Assembly: GCA_050248855.1 (NCBI GenBank)
Contig: JBFWRP010000002.1
Coordinates: 128,001 to 192,000, forward strand
Length of the DNA stretch: 64,000 bases
Direction of reading: 5' to 3'
From: Planctomycetota bacterium
GTDB lineage: Bacteria; Planctomycetota; PLA2; JAEUHO01
Both the position numbers and the translations under genes were made by a program. Under the pieces are notes generated by a model. It saw only the letters and a list, made by a program, of their open reading frames with translations. It was not told the DNA's origin and made no database searches. This document shows, piece by piece, positions 29,601-39,404 of this stretch; positions within the stretch are counted from its first letter, which is position 1; each line of letters begins with the position of its first letter.

Positions 29601-30269
29601 CTCCGCGAACGGGAGGGCGTCTACGTGCTGGCGGGCTGCGCGGCCGATCGGGTCTCCTACGAATCCAACGTGTACGGCCAGGGCCTTCTCACCTACGCCC
29701 TGCTGCTCGGCATGTCCTGCGGCTGCCACTTCACCGATGGCGTGTTCGTGGACGTGGCCCGGCTCATGAGCTTCGCGTGCGAGCAGGTCCCCTGGCTCTG
29801 CCAGCAGATGGGCGTGGCCCAGCCGCAGCGTCCCGTGAAGGCCGAGGGGGAGACATCGTTTCCCCTGGGGCGTCTTGACCTCGAGGCCCGGACCCGCGTC
29901 CCCTTGGCACAGCCCCTGCCGGCGTTGGTGCGCGCGTCCTTCCACCGCGTGCGCCCGCCCACGGACACGCTGCTTCTGGGACCCGCCGTGGACGCTGCCG
30001 TGCGGAACCTGGGTGCCGATGTCTCCACGCGCGCACCGGTCGCGTTCGTCGACACCCCGCGCATGGTCGGCGCCTGGGGCCTGGCGGGCACGTACACGAT
30101 CTCGTCGGGCGTGGCCAAGGTGGACGCGTACCTCGTCCGGCAGGGCAAGGACGAGGAAGAGGTCGTCGTCGAGTTCCGCGTGGAGCACGCCGTCGCTTCG
30201 CCCGACGAGGTCGCGGCCCTGGCACGCTCCCTGGTCGACCGGGCCGTGGACGAGATCGCGTCGCGATGA
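26604..30269 (+). CDS. Secreted WD40-repeat protein with caspase-like (peptidase C14) domain
   Basis: WD40 repeats (HAGPVRSLAISADGK, HRGVVRHVAFSPDG), LKYPAKDA, and dyad motifs YLAGHG and ILDTC. Start uncertain (TTG 26604 or 26517). Confidence 0.88.
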   Translation: MTTSAHRWRRVPQAAALAVGLLVATASHARDAAPRERARLVVHAAFEASANAAVSRDGRLFAMTANGGPVEIYETFSGLLLQSVPVDKQSDFRLVAFAPGGDVLAVAGGPDAPGLLDVRRGTWLRRFDRVPVPATAVATSDGGAWLAVGDEQGRIHLFGRGSEPRATMEAHAGPVRSLAISADGKVIWSLGEDGRVRRWTQRGRTRGRGTDLGAPGVALASTADAEHVAALTADGRVHVPPKDGTTWDVLPAAPATVRALGLDATGDGVTLLTADGRLWRQGRSGGPAPLATTSATYDASQGVVAGDGAVAVLRTADAFVLRRSGASPRDHPLGAPARRPEQAWFSPGGTLLLRLVQSPAELRRLELYDLATGLPLEGAYTTEPLAGAAVAPDDRRLAVLGAGDSSSVRIVDPRTGATLVSVAATAPVDGTALFTPDGQRLLVALRDGSVEVRRADDGRLERTLRAAGAELMGLDIDPAGRHVLRVTTDFVVTVHDLVTGACAYEHTYPAQLRTGRFVADTKRYVIRRHVPAVGVAPWASGAKPKPPVEIPANTTDEDGSRAAIETFDVTRDGAYVAVAGTDRRARVFDIATGRLLQTFSPHRGVVRHVAFSPDGTLLVTSAPSDGTSRLHDVASGRLLAVIGSAPADGPVVDGVVRGGRVAWYVVDDEGWIDGARFEALGAVGWSDGERGWRLDALAAERHEPGLLARVIARRPAPRRAPGGAGPLPLPPVVHVAQPDPSIARVDITVENGGGGIGAVRVALNGREVVRDARGASFAPDSAVADLTVDLSGAANLLPGATNTLDVTAFDATNQVRTRGPAVTFRAPGSPLAAPAFHAVVCGVSDYAGEALDLKYPAKDARDFAAALELAATELFGKGATHVRRLGAPADEGATLATRENLLAALQDVARGSKANDTVVVYLAGHGVSPAGAADSYCYLTAGASGEGDAKEALPGSELVQALAAIPANRRAVILDTCAAGAVRDALGAGALGASEAVRLLREREGVYVLAGCAADRVSYESNVYGQGLLTYALLLGMSCGCHFTDGVFVDVARLMSFACEQVPWLCQQMGVAQPQRPVKAEGETSFPLGRLDLEARTRVPLAQPLPALVRASFHRVRPPTDTLLLGPAVDAAVRNLGADVSTRAPVAFVDTPRMVGAWGLAGTYTISSGVAKVDAYLVRQGKDEEEVVVEFRVEHAVASPDEVAALARSLVDRAVDEIASR

Positions 30270-33200
30270 CCGGTCGACGTCCGCCGCTGCTCGCAGCCCT
30301 CCTGCTCGGCTTGTCCTGCAGTGTCCCGGGAGGAGCGCGCGAGGACGCGGCAGCGACCGTACGGCTCCTGGTCCACCCGCCGCACGCGACGGCGATCTCG
30401 ACCCTGGCGGCATCGGCCGATGGGCGTGTGGCCGCCACCTGTGCCGCCGACGATCCCGTGTGCATCTGGGAGGTCGCGACGGGGCGCCTCCTGCAGCGCG
30501 TGCCCTCGGGGCCCAGGCCCAGCTTGCCGCCGCTGCTCGCCCTGTCCGCGGACGGGACCCGCGTCGTCGTCACGAGTGCACCCGGGGAAGCCGTCGTGTT
30601 CGACGTCGCTTCGGGCCAGGAGCTGCGTCGCGTCGATGCCGCGGGCGCCACCCTCACGGCCTTGGCCTTCCTACCCGACGGCAACACGGTCGTCGTGGCC
30701 GATGACCGCGGCGCCATCACCGGGTTCACGGGCTCGTCCAAGAAGCCGCGCTGGCAGCACAAGGTCCACGTGTCCGGCATCCAGGCCCTGGTGGTCGCGG
30801 CCGACGGCGGTCTGGTCATCACGGGCGGTGCCGACGGCGCGGTACGCGCCACGACGGTTTCCGGGCGCGAGCGGGCCGAGTGCGACGTGCCCTCGGGGTC
30901 CGTGTCCCATGTGGCCGCTTCGTCGGACGGCCTGTGGTTGGCCGCCGCGGACGCCCAGGGGGGCTTGCGCGTCTGGTCGTGCAAGGCGCCCAAGCGACCG
31001 CGCCACGTGCTGACGAGGTCCGGCGAGCCCTTCGTCGGGCTGGTGTTCGATGCGTCGGGCAGCGTCCTGTACGGCGCGCATGCGAAGGGGCCGCTGCGCA
31101 GCTGGCGTATCGACGGGGACGAGGCCGACGAGCAGACACCGCTTCCGCTCCAGGCCGAGACCCACCAGCATCTCGTGTCCGCGGGGCCCGGGCGCCTCCT
31201 GCTGGCCGCCGAGAAGCGCGCCGACGTGCTGGACGTGGCGCGCCACCAGGTGGTCGCCACCTTGGGCACGGCGTGCTTCTACCCGCACGAGATCGAGACC
31301 TCGCCGGGTGGCCAGCTGTTGCTCGTCGCCGGTTCCGACAGCTCGATCCGCACGTACGTGGACATCTACGACCTGTTCCTGGGACGGCTCTTGTGGCGCT
31401 TCCCGGCCTCCGGGGCGCGCATGGCCATGGTGTGCTCACCGGACGAGCGGCATGTCGTGCTCACGGAGCGCGACGGACGCCCCGTGATCGTCGACGTCCG
31501 GTCGTGCGAGGTCGTGCGTCCGCTGGTCGGTGCACCGGGCCCGGTATACGGCGCGGCGTGGTCGGCGGACGGCTACCGCATCGCGCTGGCGAGCGGCGAG
31601 GGCACGATCACGCTCCACGACGCCGCGACGGGCGTCGCCTCGGCGACATGGCGAGGGATCCCGGGCACGATTCGCAAGGTCGCCTTCTCGCCGCGTGGCG
31701 ATCTCGTGCTCGCCGCCACGGAGACCGCGGGCCTCGTCGTCCTGGATGCCGCCGACGGCAAGCGCGTCCACGAGCTGCCCTTCTCGGACTTCCTGCAGGG
31801 CGTGGCGTTCGGCGCCGACGGCACCACGCTGCACCACACCACGGGCATCTCCTCGACGACGGAGCGCGAGGTGTCCACGGGCCACGTGCGAGCCCTCTAC
31901 CCCGGCAAGGTCAAGGGCAAGATGGAGTCGGGCCACGACCAGATGGTCACGTGTCTGGAGGTCTCACGGGACACGCGTCTCCTGGCCACCGGCTCCTGGG
32001 ACGCAACGGTCTGCGTCTGGGATGCCCAGACGGGCAAGCGGCTGCATCGCCTGTACGGGCACGACGCCGATGTCGTGGATCTCGCCTTCGCCTCCGGGAA
32101 CGAGCGCCTCGTGACCTTGGCCGAGGATCGCACGCTCCGCTTCTGGGACTTGGGCACCGGAGCGATGCTTTGCCGCCTCGTGGCAGGCGATGTCCCGCCC
32201 GCGGGCGCACAGCGCGTCGAGCGCGGCGCCCGGCAGGCGTGGTGCGTGGTCGACACCCACGGCCGCCATGACGCAAGCCTGCCGACGGCCCTGCCGTTCC
32301 TGGGGTGGACGGACGGGACGAGAACCTGGGCGTTTGACGAAGTGTTCGAGGAGCGACGCTCTCCGGGGCTGCTGGGAGCACTGGTCTTCGGCGCAGCGCA
32401 TCCGCTCCGCGCCCTCGGCGACCTGCCGATCCCTGCGTTGCCGCCCAAGGTCCATGCGGAGATGCCCGACCCGCAGCGGCCCGTCGTGAAGGTCGAGGTC
32501 GAGAACCGCGGGGGCGGCATCGGCGCGGTGGGCGTCAAGCTGAACGGGCGCGAGGTAGTCAAGGACGCACGCGATACGACGGTGTCGTCCAGCGCGCCGC
32601 GCGAGGACCTCGCGGTGGACCTGTCGAACGCGCCCAACCTGCTCCCCGGCGAGGCCAACGTCGTGGAGGTCAGCGCGTTCGATGCCAAGGGCACGGCCCG
32701 GGCGCGCGGACCGGCCGTCACGTTCCAGGCGCCGGGCATCAAGCTCGATGCGCCGGAGCTCTGGGTCCTGACCTGCGGCGTCAGCGACTACGCAGGCGAG
32801 GCCCTGGACCTCGTGTTCCCCGCGAAGGACGCCCACGCCATGGCGGACGCGCTCCAGCTGGCGGGCACCGGCCACTTCACGGCACCGCGCACACACGTGC
32901 AGCGGCTCGCTTCGCCGGCGGGCGAGGACGTCCTGCCGGCCACGCGCGCGGCGCTCGTGGAGGCGCTCCAGCGGATCGCCGCGTCGGCCAAGGCCAACGA
33001 CACCTTCGTGCTGTACCTCGCCGGCCACGGTGTGGCCGAGCGCGGCGACGGTGCGTACCGGTACCTGTTGGCGGAGGCGGCCGATGCGACTTCCGAAGAG
33101 GGTACGTTCAGCGATGCCGATCTCGTGGCGGCCCTGGCCCGGATCCCGTGCAACCACCGGGCCGTGATCCTCGATACCTGCGCATCCGGCGGCGTGGTGC

Positions 33201-33916
33201 AGGCCTTGGATGCGCTCCGCGCGCCGGGGGGTGCCGTGGACCGGCTGCGCGAGCGCGAGGGCGTGTTCGTGCTGGCCGGGTGCGCCGCGGATCGCCTCGC
33301 CTACGAGTCGAGCATCTACGGCCAGGGCCTCCTGACGTACGCGCTGCTCGCGGGCATGAACTGTGGCTGCCACTTCAAGGACGACGTCTACGTCGACGTC
33401 GCGCGCCTGATCGACTACGCCTGCGAGCAGGTGCCGCGCCTCTCGCACGCGATGGGCTTCGGGCCCACGCAGCTGCAGCTGCCCGTGAAGGCGGACGGGG
33501 ATCCGTCGTTTCCGTTGGGGCGCCTCACACCGGCGGAGCGCGAGCAGATCCACGTCGTCCGCCCCCTGCCGGCGTTCATCCGGTCGTCCTTCCAGCGCAT
33601 CCGTCCCCCGCGGGACACGCACGGGCTGGAGTCGGCCGTGGACGCGGCCGTCCGTCGGCTGTCCACGAAGGGCGGGGGGCGCCCCCCGGCCGTGCACGTA
33701 GAGACGGACCAGATGGGCGGCGCGTGGCAGATCGCGGGCACGTACTCGCTGGAGGGCGGGGAGGCGCACGTGAAGGCCTCGCTCTTGCGCGTCGAGCTGC
33801 TCGACGCCGAAGTCGTCGCCGAGCTCGAGCTCACGGGTCCCGCGGGGACCCCCGAGCAGGTGGCGGCCCTCGCCGACGCGATCGTGGCGAGGGCCGTGGC
33901 GAGCCTGCCGAAGTAG
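30266..33916 (+). CDS. Second WD40-caspase paralog
   Basis: ATGA overlap with the first paralog, signal peptide, WD40 (ATGSWDATVCVWD), YLAGHG and ILDTC. C-terminal half strongly resembles the upstream paralog. Confidence 0.9.
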   Translation: MTGRRPPLLAALLLGLSCSVPGGAREDAAATVRLLVHPPHATAISTLAASADGRVAATCAADDPVCIWEVATGRLLQRVPSGPRPSLPPLLALSADGTRVVVTSAPGEAVVFDVASGQELRRVDAAGATLTALAFLPDGNTVVVADDRGAITGFTGSSKKPRWQHKVHVSGIQALVVAADGGLVITGGADGAVRATTVSGRERAECDVPSGSVSHVAASSDGLWLAAADAQGGLRVWSCKAPKRPRHVLTRSGEPFVGLVFDASGSVLYGAHAKGPLRSWRIDGDEADEQTPLPLQAETHQHLVSAGPGRLLLAAEKRADVLDVARHQVVATLGTACFYPHEIETSPGGQLLLVAGSDSSIRTYVDIYDLFLGRLLWRFPASGARMAMVCSPDERHVVLTERDGRPVIVDVRSCEVVRPLVGAPGPVYGAAWSADGYRIALASGEGTITLHDAATGVASATWRGIPGTIRKVAFSPRGDLVLAATETAGLVVLDAADGKRVHELPFSDFLQGVAFGADGTTLHHTTGISSTTEREVSTGHVRALYPGKVKGKMESGHDQMVTCLEVSRDTRLLATGSWDATVCVWDAQTGKRLHRLYGHDADVVDLAFASGNERLVTLAEDRTLRFWDLGTGAMLCRLVAGDVPPAGAQRVERGARQAWCVVDTHGRHDASLPTALPFLGWTDGTRTWAFDEVFEERRSPGLLGALVFGAAHPLRALGDLPIPALPPKVHAEMPDPQRPVVKVEVENRGGGIGAVGVKLNGREVVKDARDTTVSSSAPREDLAVDLSNAPNLLPGEANVVEVSAFDAKGTARARGPAVTFQAPGIKLDAPELWVLTCGVSDYAGEALDLVFPAKDAHAMADALQLAGTGHFTAPRTHVQRLASPAGEDVLPATRAALVEALQRIAASAKANDTFVLYLAGHGVAERGDGAYRYLLAEAADATSEEGTFSDADLVAALARIPCNHRAVILDTCASGGVVQALDALRAPGGAVDRLREREGVFVLAGCAADRLAYESSIYGQGLLTYALLAGMNCGCHFKDDVYVDVARLIDYACEQVPRLSHAMGFGPTQLQLPVKADGDPSFPLGRLTPAEREQIHVVRPLPAFIRSSFQRIRPPRDTHGLESAVDAAVRRLSTKGGGRPPAVHVETDQMGGAWQIAGTYSLEGGEAHVKASLLRVELLDAEVVAELELTGPAGTPEQVAALADAIVARAVASLPK

Positions 33917-33934
33917 GCGTGCGTCGGGCGGCCG

Positions 33935-34831
33935 TCAGGGCAGCGTGAGGTCCTGCGTGGTGGTGGCGCCCGTCGTGACCACGACGGCTGACGCCGCAAG
34001 CGTCTTCGTCTCGGCACCCTGCGCGCGCACGTAGAGGTCGTACTCGCCCGCCTCGAGCAGCAGCGCGTAGCTGCCCTCCACCAGCCCGTCCATGCCCGCG
34101 GGCGAGGAGAGCGTGGCGGCGACGGGCTCCGTGTCGGCCTCGACCGCCGTGCCTGCCGGGAACGCGCACACCTCGACGTCGGCGGCGGGGGCGGCCGAGC
34201 CGTCGAGGACCATGCCTTGGAGCAGGCCCACGGTGCTGTTGTTCAGGACGCGGACCACGGGGTGGAAGATCACGCCGCCTTCACCGGCTTCGAGCTCGGC
34301 GCAGGTAGGCTCGCCGCCAAGGCCCGTCGTGTGGAACGAGCGGGCGAGGTCCACGTCGAGCGTGAGATCGACCTCCTGACCGGAGGCCACGAGGATCGGC
34401 GGATCGACCTTGATCTTGAGGCCGCTCGCCATGCCCGACGGCACCTTGAAGGTGCGGTCCGGTGCGCCGCTACCGAACTGGAGCACTGCCTCGACGATGT
34501 GCAGGCGGATCTCGTCGTAGCTGCCCGTGGCGATCTCGGCGCCGGCCAGCGCGTCGGACAAACCGTTGCGCAGCTGGAGCAGGTCGATGGTCATCTCGGT
34601 CACGCCGCCAGCGAGAACCAGGTCGGTCCAGCCGCCATCGGATGCCGAGCGCACGCGGACGCCGTCGATCGTGACGAGCGCCGCCGCGACGCAGCCTTCC
34701 GTCGCGGGGAAGGGGGCGTCCGTGATGGACACCTTGAGCGAGCCGGTACCGGCGCCGCCACCCCCGCCGCAGGCGGGCAGGAGGAGGCAGGCGGCGGCGA
34801 CAAGCGCCAGAGCGAAGGGATGGAAGCGCAT
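33935..34831 (-). CDS. DUF4382-like lipoprotein with C-terminal carboxypeptidase-regulatory-like domain
   Basis: Lipobox LPAC and motifs VSITDAP, IDLLQL, GSYDEIRL, KVPSG..SGLKI and DVDLARSF. Confidence 0.8.
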   Translation of the reverse strand: MRFHPFALALVAAACLLLPACGGGGGAGTGSLKVSITDAPFPATEGCVAAALVTIDGVRVRSASDGGWTDLVLAGGVTEMTIDLLQLRNGLSDALAGAEIATGSYDEIRLHIVEAVLQFGSGAPDRTFKVPSGMASGLKIKVDPPILVASGQEVDLTLDVDLARSFHTTGLGGEPTCAELEAGEGGVIFHPVVRVLNNSTVGLLQGMVLDGSAAPAADVEVCAFPAGTAVEADTEPVAATLSSPAGMDGLVEGSYALLLEAGEYDLYVRAQGAETKTLAASAVVVTTGATTTQDLTLP

Positions 34832-34995
34832 GGGGAACTCCGTGCCCCCCCAGGCACTCGCGGGTGGGGGCCGCCCGACCGGGTGAGGTCGGTACAGCCC
34901 CGGACTGGCAGCCTAGCCCCCCGTGGCGGGTTGGCCAGCGACTCGCATCTCTAGCCGCCAAAGCCCTGCCATCGGGGCAGGCGAGGCGGCGGACG

Positions 34996-36063
34996 CTACT
35001 CGTCGAGGCCCAGCGAGCGTGCGTCGGGGATCGGCGGCCCCTCGTCCTTGGCGGCGGGGACGACCGGCTCTGGCATGGTCTCGGTCGGGAGGCTCGTCGC
35101 GGGCAGGCTGCCCGACGGAGGCGAGCCCAGACCGTCATCGCCCGCCGGGGCCGGGAACGTGGTGGCGGGCGTGCCCGCGTCGACGCAGCCGGAGCAGAAC
35201 GGGCCCGACGGGTCGACGAGCTCGGGGCGAGCCTTGACCGGCACCTCGATCCAGAGGCTGCCGTCGTCGGTGGGCTGCATGCTGGCCATCCCATCGACCG
35301 GCTGCGCGGGCGTGCCCGGGATGTCGACGGTCGCTGCGAGCCCCAGGCCGCCGGCTTCCAGCGCCCGAAGGCGGTGGCGCGAGGGCTGGTGGTAGGGAGC
35401 GAGGCCCGCGGCTAAGCGGTACTGCTCGATGGCCGAACCGGCGTCGCCGTCCTCCTCGGCCAAGAGGCCGCGGTTGTACGCGATGCGCCAGCCAGGGCTC
35501 CCAAGACGCTCGGCGGCATCGAGCGACGTGCGCGCCTGGGCCGTATCCCCTGCCAAGAACCATGCCGCCGCTTGCGCCTCGCGCAAGCCCGCGTGGTCGG
35601 GGCGCAGCTGGATCTGCTCCTCGAGCATATGCAAGGCATAGGCAGAATTGCCGTCGTCCAGCGCGATACGGCTGCGGATCACCGCGGCATCGGGGTGCGA
35701 GCCCGCGATGTGCAGTACGTGGTCGAAGTGCTGCGACGCGCGGGCCGGGTCGTCGAACTCGTAGGCCAGGAGGCCCGCCATGAAGCGGGCGGGGATGTGG
35801 CTGGGGTAGAGGAAGGACATCTCCTCGGCCTGCTTGCGCAGCGTGGCGCGCGAGACGCGGTCCTTGCCCTTGGCGCCCATGCGGTACTGCTCGTACCGGG
35901 CGCCCTCGGGCGTCATGGCGTACATGTCCTCGAGCCGGCCCATGGCCTTGTCGGGATCGAGGTTGCGCGGGCCCTTCGGGGAGCTGGCGCACGCGCCGAG
36001 CCCCAGGCTGCCCACGACGAGGGTGGCTGCGGCCACGATGCCGCCACGAGTCGTCCGTCGCAT
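34996..36063 (-). CDS. TPR lipoprotein (TadD-like pilotin candidate)
   Basis: Lipobox LGAC, TPRs (IAYNRGLLAE) and Pro-rich tail. Directly follows tadC. Confidence 0.75.
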   Translation of the reverse strand: MRRTTRGGIVAAATLVVGSLGLGACASSPKGPRNLDPDKAMGRLEDMYAMTPEGARYEQYRMGAKGKDRVSRATLRKQAEEMSFLYPSHIPARFMAGLLAYEFDDPARASQHFDHVLHIAGSHPDAAVIRSRIALDDGNSAYALHMLEEQIQLRPDHAGLREAQAAAWFLAGDTAQARTSLDAAERLGSPGWRIAYNRGLLAEEDGDAGSAIEQYRLAAGLAPYHQPSRHRLRALEAGGLGLAATVDIPGTPAQPVDGMASMQPTDDGSLWIEVPVKARPELVDPSGPFCSGCVDAGTPATTFPAPAGDDGLGSPPSGSLPATSLPTETMPEPVVPAAKDEGPPIPDARSLGLDE

Positions 36064-36177
36064 GTCCGGTCCTCCCACCCCCTGCCAGGGGCGCCTACCA
36101 CTCTACTCCCGCGACCTTGCGGGACCAGCCCACCCCGCGCCCAGGAGGGGAGGGCCGCGATGCGTCTCTTCAGGCCA

Positions 36178-37134
36178 TCAGGGGGCCAAGCCCCCGGCCC
36201 CACCCGTCGCGCCCCTGAGCACGCCCTCGATCATCTGCAGGAACTGGTAGAAGGCCGGTCCCAGCGTCCAGACGAAGATGCCCGGCAGGAAGCAGAGGAC
36301 CAGCGGGATCACCAGCTTCACGGGCAGTGCCTGGGCCGTGATCAGGGCCTGCTCGCGTCGGCGGCTCTGGACGTCGGCCGTCTGGTGGGCCAGCACCTCG
36401 CTGATGCCGCCGCCGACCTGTTCGGCGTGGATCATCGCGGAGCAGAAGATCGAGATCGACGGCAGGTCGATCCGCCTGCTCAAATGGCGCCAGCAGTCGG
36501 CGCGCGGCACGCCCGCGAGGTTCTCGCGGCGGAACTGCTGCAGCTCCTGGGGCAGCGGCCGCGTCTCGTCGCTCGAGTCCAGCACGCGGATCATGGCCGC
36601 GTCCAGCCCCAAGCCCGCCTGGGCCATCGTGGACAGCAGCTGCAACGTGATCGGCAGGTCTTCCTCGATCTCGCGCACCCGGCGCCGACGGGCCGAGCGA
36701 ACGACGATCCAGGGGATGGACGCGATGATGATCGCGAGCACCCACGGAATCGCGTACAGCACCGGGTCCATGATCACGCCAAAGTCGCCAGGCAGGTCGT
36801 AGAGCGTGGTCCGGGCATCGTGCAGCAGGGCGGAGCTGCGCAAGGTGAGTGCGACGAGCAAGCCCGTGGCCAGGGCGATCACGGCCGCGACCAGGAAGAC
36901 GGACGTGGCCCCCGGTCGCCGGAAGCCGGCCACGAACAACCAGCGGTGCAGCCAGGAGGCGTCGCGATCGGGGAGGTGGCCCATCAGCTCGAACGAAGCG
37001 CTGCCTTCGGCACGCAGGCGCCCGCGAGCACGGGCGCCGCGTTGGGCGTAGACGAAGGCGATGATGACGGCCGCCACCAGGGCGATCCACGCCACGATGA
37101 CGAACGGCGTCGAAAGGGCTGCGAGGGTCAGCAT
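36178..37134 (-). CDS. tadC: Tad pilus inner-membrane platform protein TadC (T2SSF family)
   Basis: EEDLPITLQLL...AGLGLDAAM...GGGISEVL...VKLVIPLVLCFLPGIF. Confidence 0.9.
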   Translation of the reverse strand: MLTLAALSTPFVIVAWIALVAAVIIAFVYAQRGARARGRLRAEGSASFELMGHLPDRDASWLHRWLFVAGFRRPGATSVFLVAAVIALATGLLVALTLRSSALLHDARTTLYDLPGDFGVIMDPVLYAIPWVLAIIIASIPWIVVRSARRRRVREIEEDLPITLQLLSTMAQAGLGLDAAMIRVLDSSDETRPLPQELQQFRRENLAGVPRADCWRHLSRRIDLPSISIFCSAMIHAEQVGGGISEVLAHQTADVQSRRREQALITAQALPVKLVIPLVLCFLPGIFVWTLGPAFYQFLQMIEGVLRGATGGAGGLAP

Positions 37135-37135
37135 C

Positions 37136-37990
37136 TCAGTACCGCACCCGCGACATGCGAGCGATCCAAACCGCTCCCAACGCCTGGAGGATGATCGCGG
37201 CCGATGCGAGGGCCTCGCCGATCCGCGTGCCCAGGAAGCCGGTCACGCGCGGCGGGTCGATGCTGTACATCAAGCCCGCCAGGAAGTAGGTGAGGCCCAG
37301 GATGGCCAGCACCGAGAAGCGCGCCTCGGTGCTCTGGGCGCGGATGCGGCGGCCCAGCTCCACACGGTCGCGGATGAACCGCCCGGTCGTCGCCAGCGTG
37401 GGCGCGAGGCTGCCGCCGCCCTCCCACTGCACGCCCATGGCGTAGAAGAACAGACGGAACGACTCGAGCGGCAAGCTCTCGGCCATCTCCCGGCACAACG
37501 TGGGAGGGTCTTCGCCCAGCTGGAGCCGCAGCAGGAACTGCGCGAGGTAAGGCTTGAGGGGCTTGCGCGAGTCGCGCTCCGCGCTGGCCAAGGCGTCGAT
37601 CACGCCGATGCCCGCGTGGAGCGACGTGACCATGTGGTCGATGGCTTCCGCCAGCTGCTGTTCGATCTTCAGTGTTCGCGCGCCCACGATGGCGCCGCGA
37701 ATCAGCTGCCCTACGACCCAGAAGAGGAAACCGATCGCAATCGCGAAGGTGGGTCCCAGGGGGACGAACGCACTCGCAAGCGCGTAAGCTGCGAGCCCCA
37801 AGATCCACGGCAGGAGCGTCTCGAACGGGCGCTCCAAGCCGCGTTGGCGCAGGATCCGGTCGCCTTCCTGGGCGACCAGCGTGGGGATGCGGCTGACCGC
37901 CGCGTCGTGGCGGGACTGACGGAGCCACCACCACGCGGCGGCCGCGGCGCCGCCGAGCAGCAGCAGCGCGCCAAGCAGGCTGCTAGGCAT
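37136..37990 (-). CDS. tadB: Tad pilus platform protein TadB (T2SSF family)
   Basis: QLAEAIDHMVTSLHAG...GGSLAPTL...IRDRVEL...STEARFS. Confidence 0.9.
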   Translation of the reverse strand: MPSSLLGALLLLGGAAAAAWWWLRQSRHDAAVSRIPTLVAQEGDRILRQRGLERPFETLLPWILGLAAYALASAFVPLGPTFAIAIGFLFWVVGQLIRGAIVGARTLKIEQQLAEAIDHMVTSLHAGIGVIDALASAERDSRKPLKPYLAQFLLRLQLGEDPPTLCREMAESLPLESFRLFFYAMGVQWEGGGSLAPTLATTGRFIRDRVELGRRIRAQSTEARFSVLAILGLTYFLAGLMYSIDPPRVTGFLGTRIGEALASAAIILQALGAVWIARMSRVRY

Positions 37991-39404
37991 GGCGGCCGGC
38001 GCCCTCCATGAAGAGCTGCGGAGGCATCGTCTCGCCCCGCTCGCGCAAGGTCTCCGCGACGCGCGGCATGACGCCCGTGGGCTTGAAGCGCCCCTTCACG
38101 CGCCGACCCTCGCGGCCTTCGCGCTTGAACTCGAAGATGGCGTTGAGCAGCGGGGTGTTGCCCTCCAGGCCGGCGATCTCGGCGATGCTCTCCACGCGAC
38201 GCACACCGTCCTCGAAGCGACGCACGTGCACGACGATCTGCAGCGCGTTGACCACCTGCTCGCGGATGGCGCGCGAGGGAAGATCCACACCCGACATCAA
38301 CACCATGGTCTCGAGGCGAGCCAGCGCGTCGCGCGGGCTGTTGGCGTGGACGGTGCAGAGGCTGCCGTCGTGGCCGGTGTTCATGGCCTGGAGCATGTCC
38401 AGGGCCTCTCCGCCGCGCACCTCACCCACGATGATGCGGTCCGGTCGCATGCGCAGGGCGTTGATCACGAGGTCGCGCGACGAGATGGCACCGCGGCCCT
38501 CCGTGTTGGGGGGGCGGTTTTCCAGCCGCACGAGGTGGTCTTGGTCGAGGATGAGCTCGGCCGTGTCCTCGATGGTGACGACACGCTCTTCGGGCGGGAT
38601 GGCCTCGGCCAGGGCGCCCAGGAGCGTGGACTTGCCCGCGCCCGTACCACCGGACACCAGGATGTTCTGCCGGCCGCGGACGCATGCGCGCAGGAACGAC
38701 AGCATGTGCTCGGACATCTCCCCGAGTCCGACGAGCTCATCGCTGCGCAGCCGACGGCGGCCGAAGCGGCGAATGCTGATGGTGGGGCCGTCGATGGACA
38801 CGGGCGGGATGGTGGCGTTGACACGGCTGCCGTCGGGAAGGCGGGCATCCAGCATGGGGCTGGAGATGTCGATGCGGCGCCCGACCCACGCCGCGATGCG
38901 TTCGATGACGCGCTGCACGTGCTCGGCGTCCTGGAAGCGGACGTTGGTCTTCTCGAGGCGGCCGAACCGCTCCACGAAGACCTTGTGCGGTCCGACGACC
39001 AAGATGTCGCTCACGGCCGGGTCCGCCATGAGCGGAGCCAGTGGCCCGACGCCCAGCGTCTCGTCGGTGAGGTCGTCCGCCAGACGAGCGCGCTCGCCGT
39101 CGTTCAGCGGCAGGTCCTCGTCGGCCAAGACGCGGTCGACGAACTCGCGCACCAGGCGCGAGACCGTCTCCTTGTCCTCGGCCACGAGGCGGCGGTCGCC
39201 CAGGTCATCGAGCAGGCGGGCCAACAGGTTGGCCTTGACCGTGACGTAGTCGGTGCGGCCCTTGTGGATGTCGGCACTGGTGCCCGTGGGCCCGCCGCCA
39301 CGACGCTTGAGGCGCGAGCCGGGGGCCGAGGCGATCGAGCCGCCCAGGCGCTGCCGCAAGAGCTCGGCGGGATTGCTGCCCTCTTCGCTGCGTTGGCGGC
39401 TCAC
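37983..39404 (-). CDS. cpaF: CpaF/TadA pilus assembly ATPase
   Basis: DARLPDGSRVN, Walker A GGTGAGKST, TIEDTAEL, LRMRPDRIIVGEVRG and AMNTGHDGS. Confidence 0.96.
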   Translation of the reverse strand: MSRQRSEEGSNPAELLRQRLGGSIASAPGSRLKRRGGGPTGTSADIHKGRTDYVTVKANLLARLLDDLGDRRLVAEDKETVSRLVREFVDRVLADEDLPLNDGERARLADDLTDETLGVGPLAPLMADPAVSDILVVGPHKVFVERFGRLEKTNVRFQDAEHVQRVIERIAAWVGRRIDISSPMLDARLPDGSRVNATIPPVSIDGPTISIRRFGRRRLRSDELVGLGEMSEHMLSFLRACVRGRQNILVSGGTGAGKSTLLGALAEAIPPEERVVTIEDTAELILDQDHLVRLENRPPNTEGRGAISSRDLVINALRMRPDRIIVGEVRGGEALDMLQAMNTGHDGSLCTVHANSPRDALARLETMVLMSGVDLPSRAIREQVVNALQIVVHVRRFEDGVRRVESIAEIAGLEGNTPLLNAIFEFKREGREGRRVKGRFKPTGVMPRVAETLRERGETMPPQLFMEGAGRHA

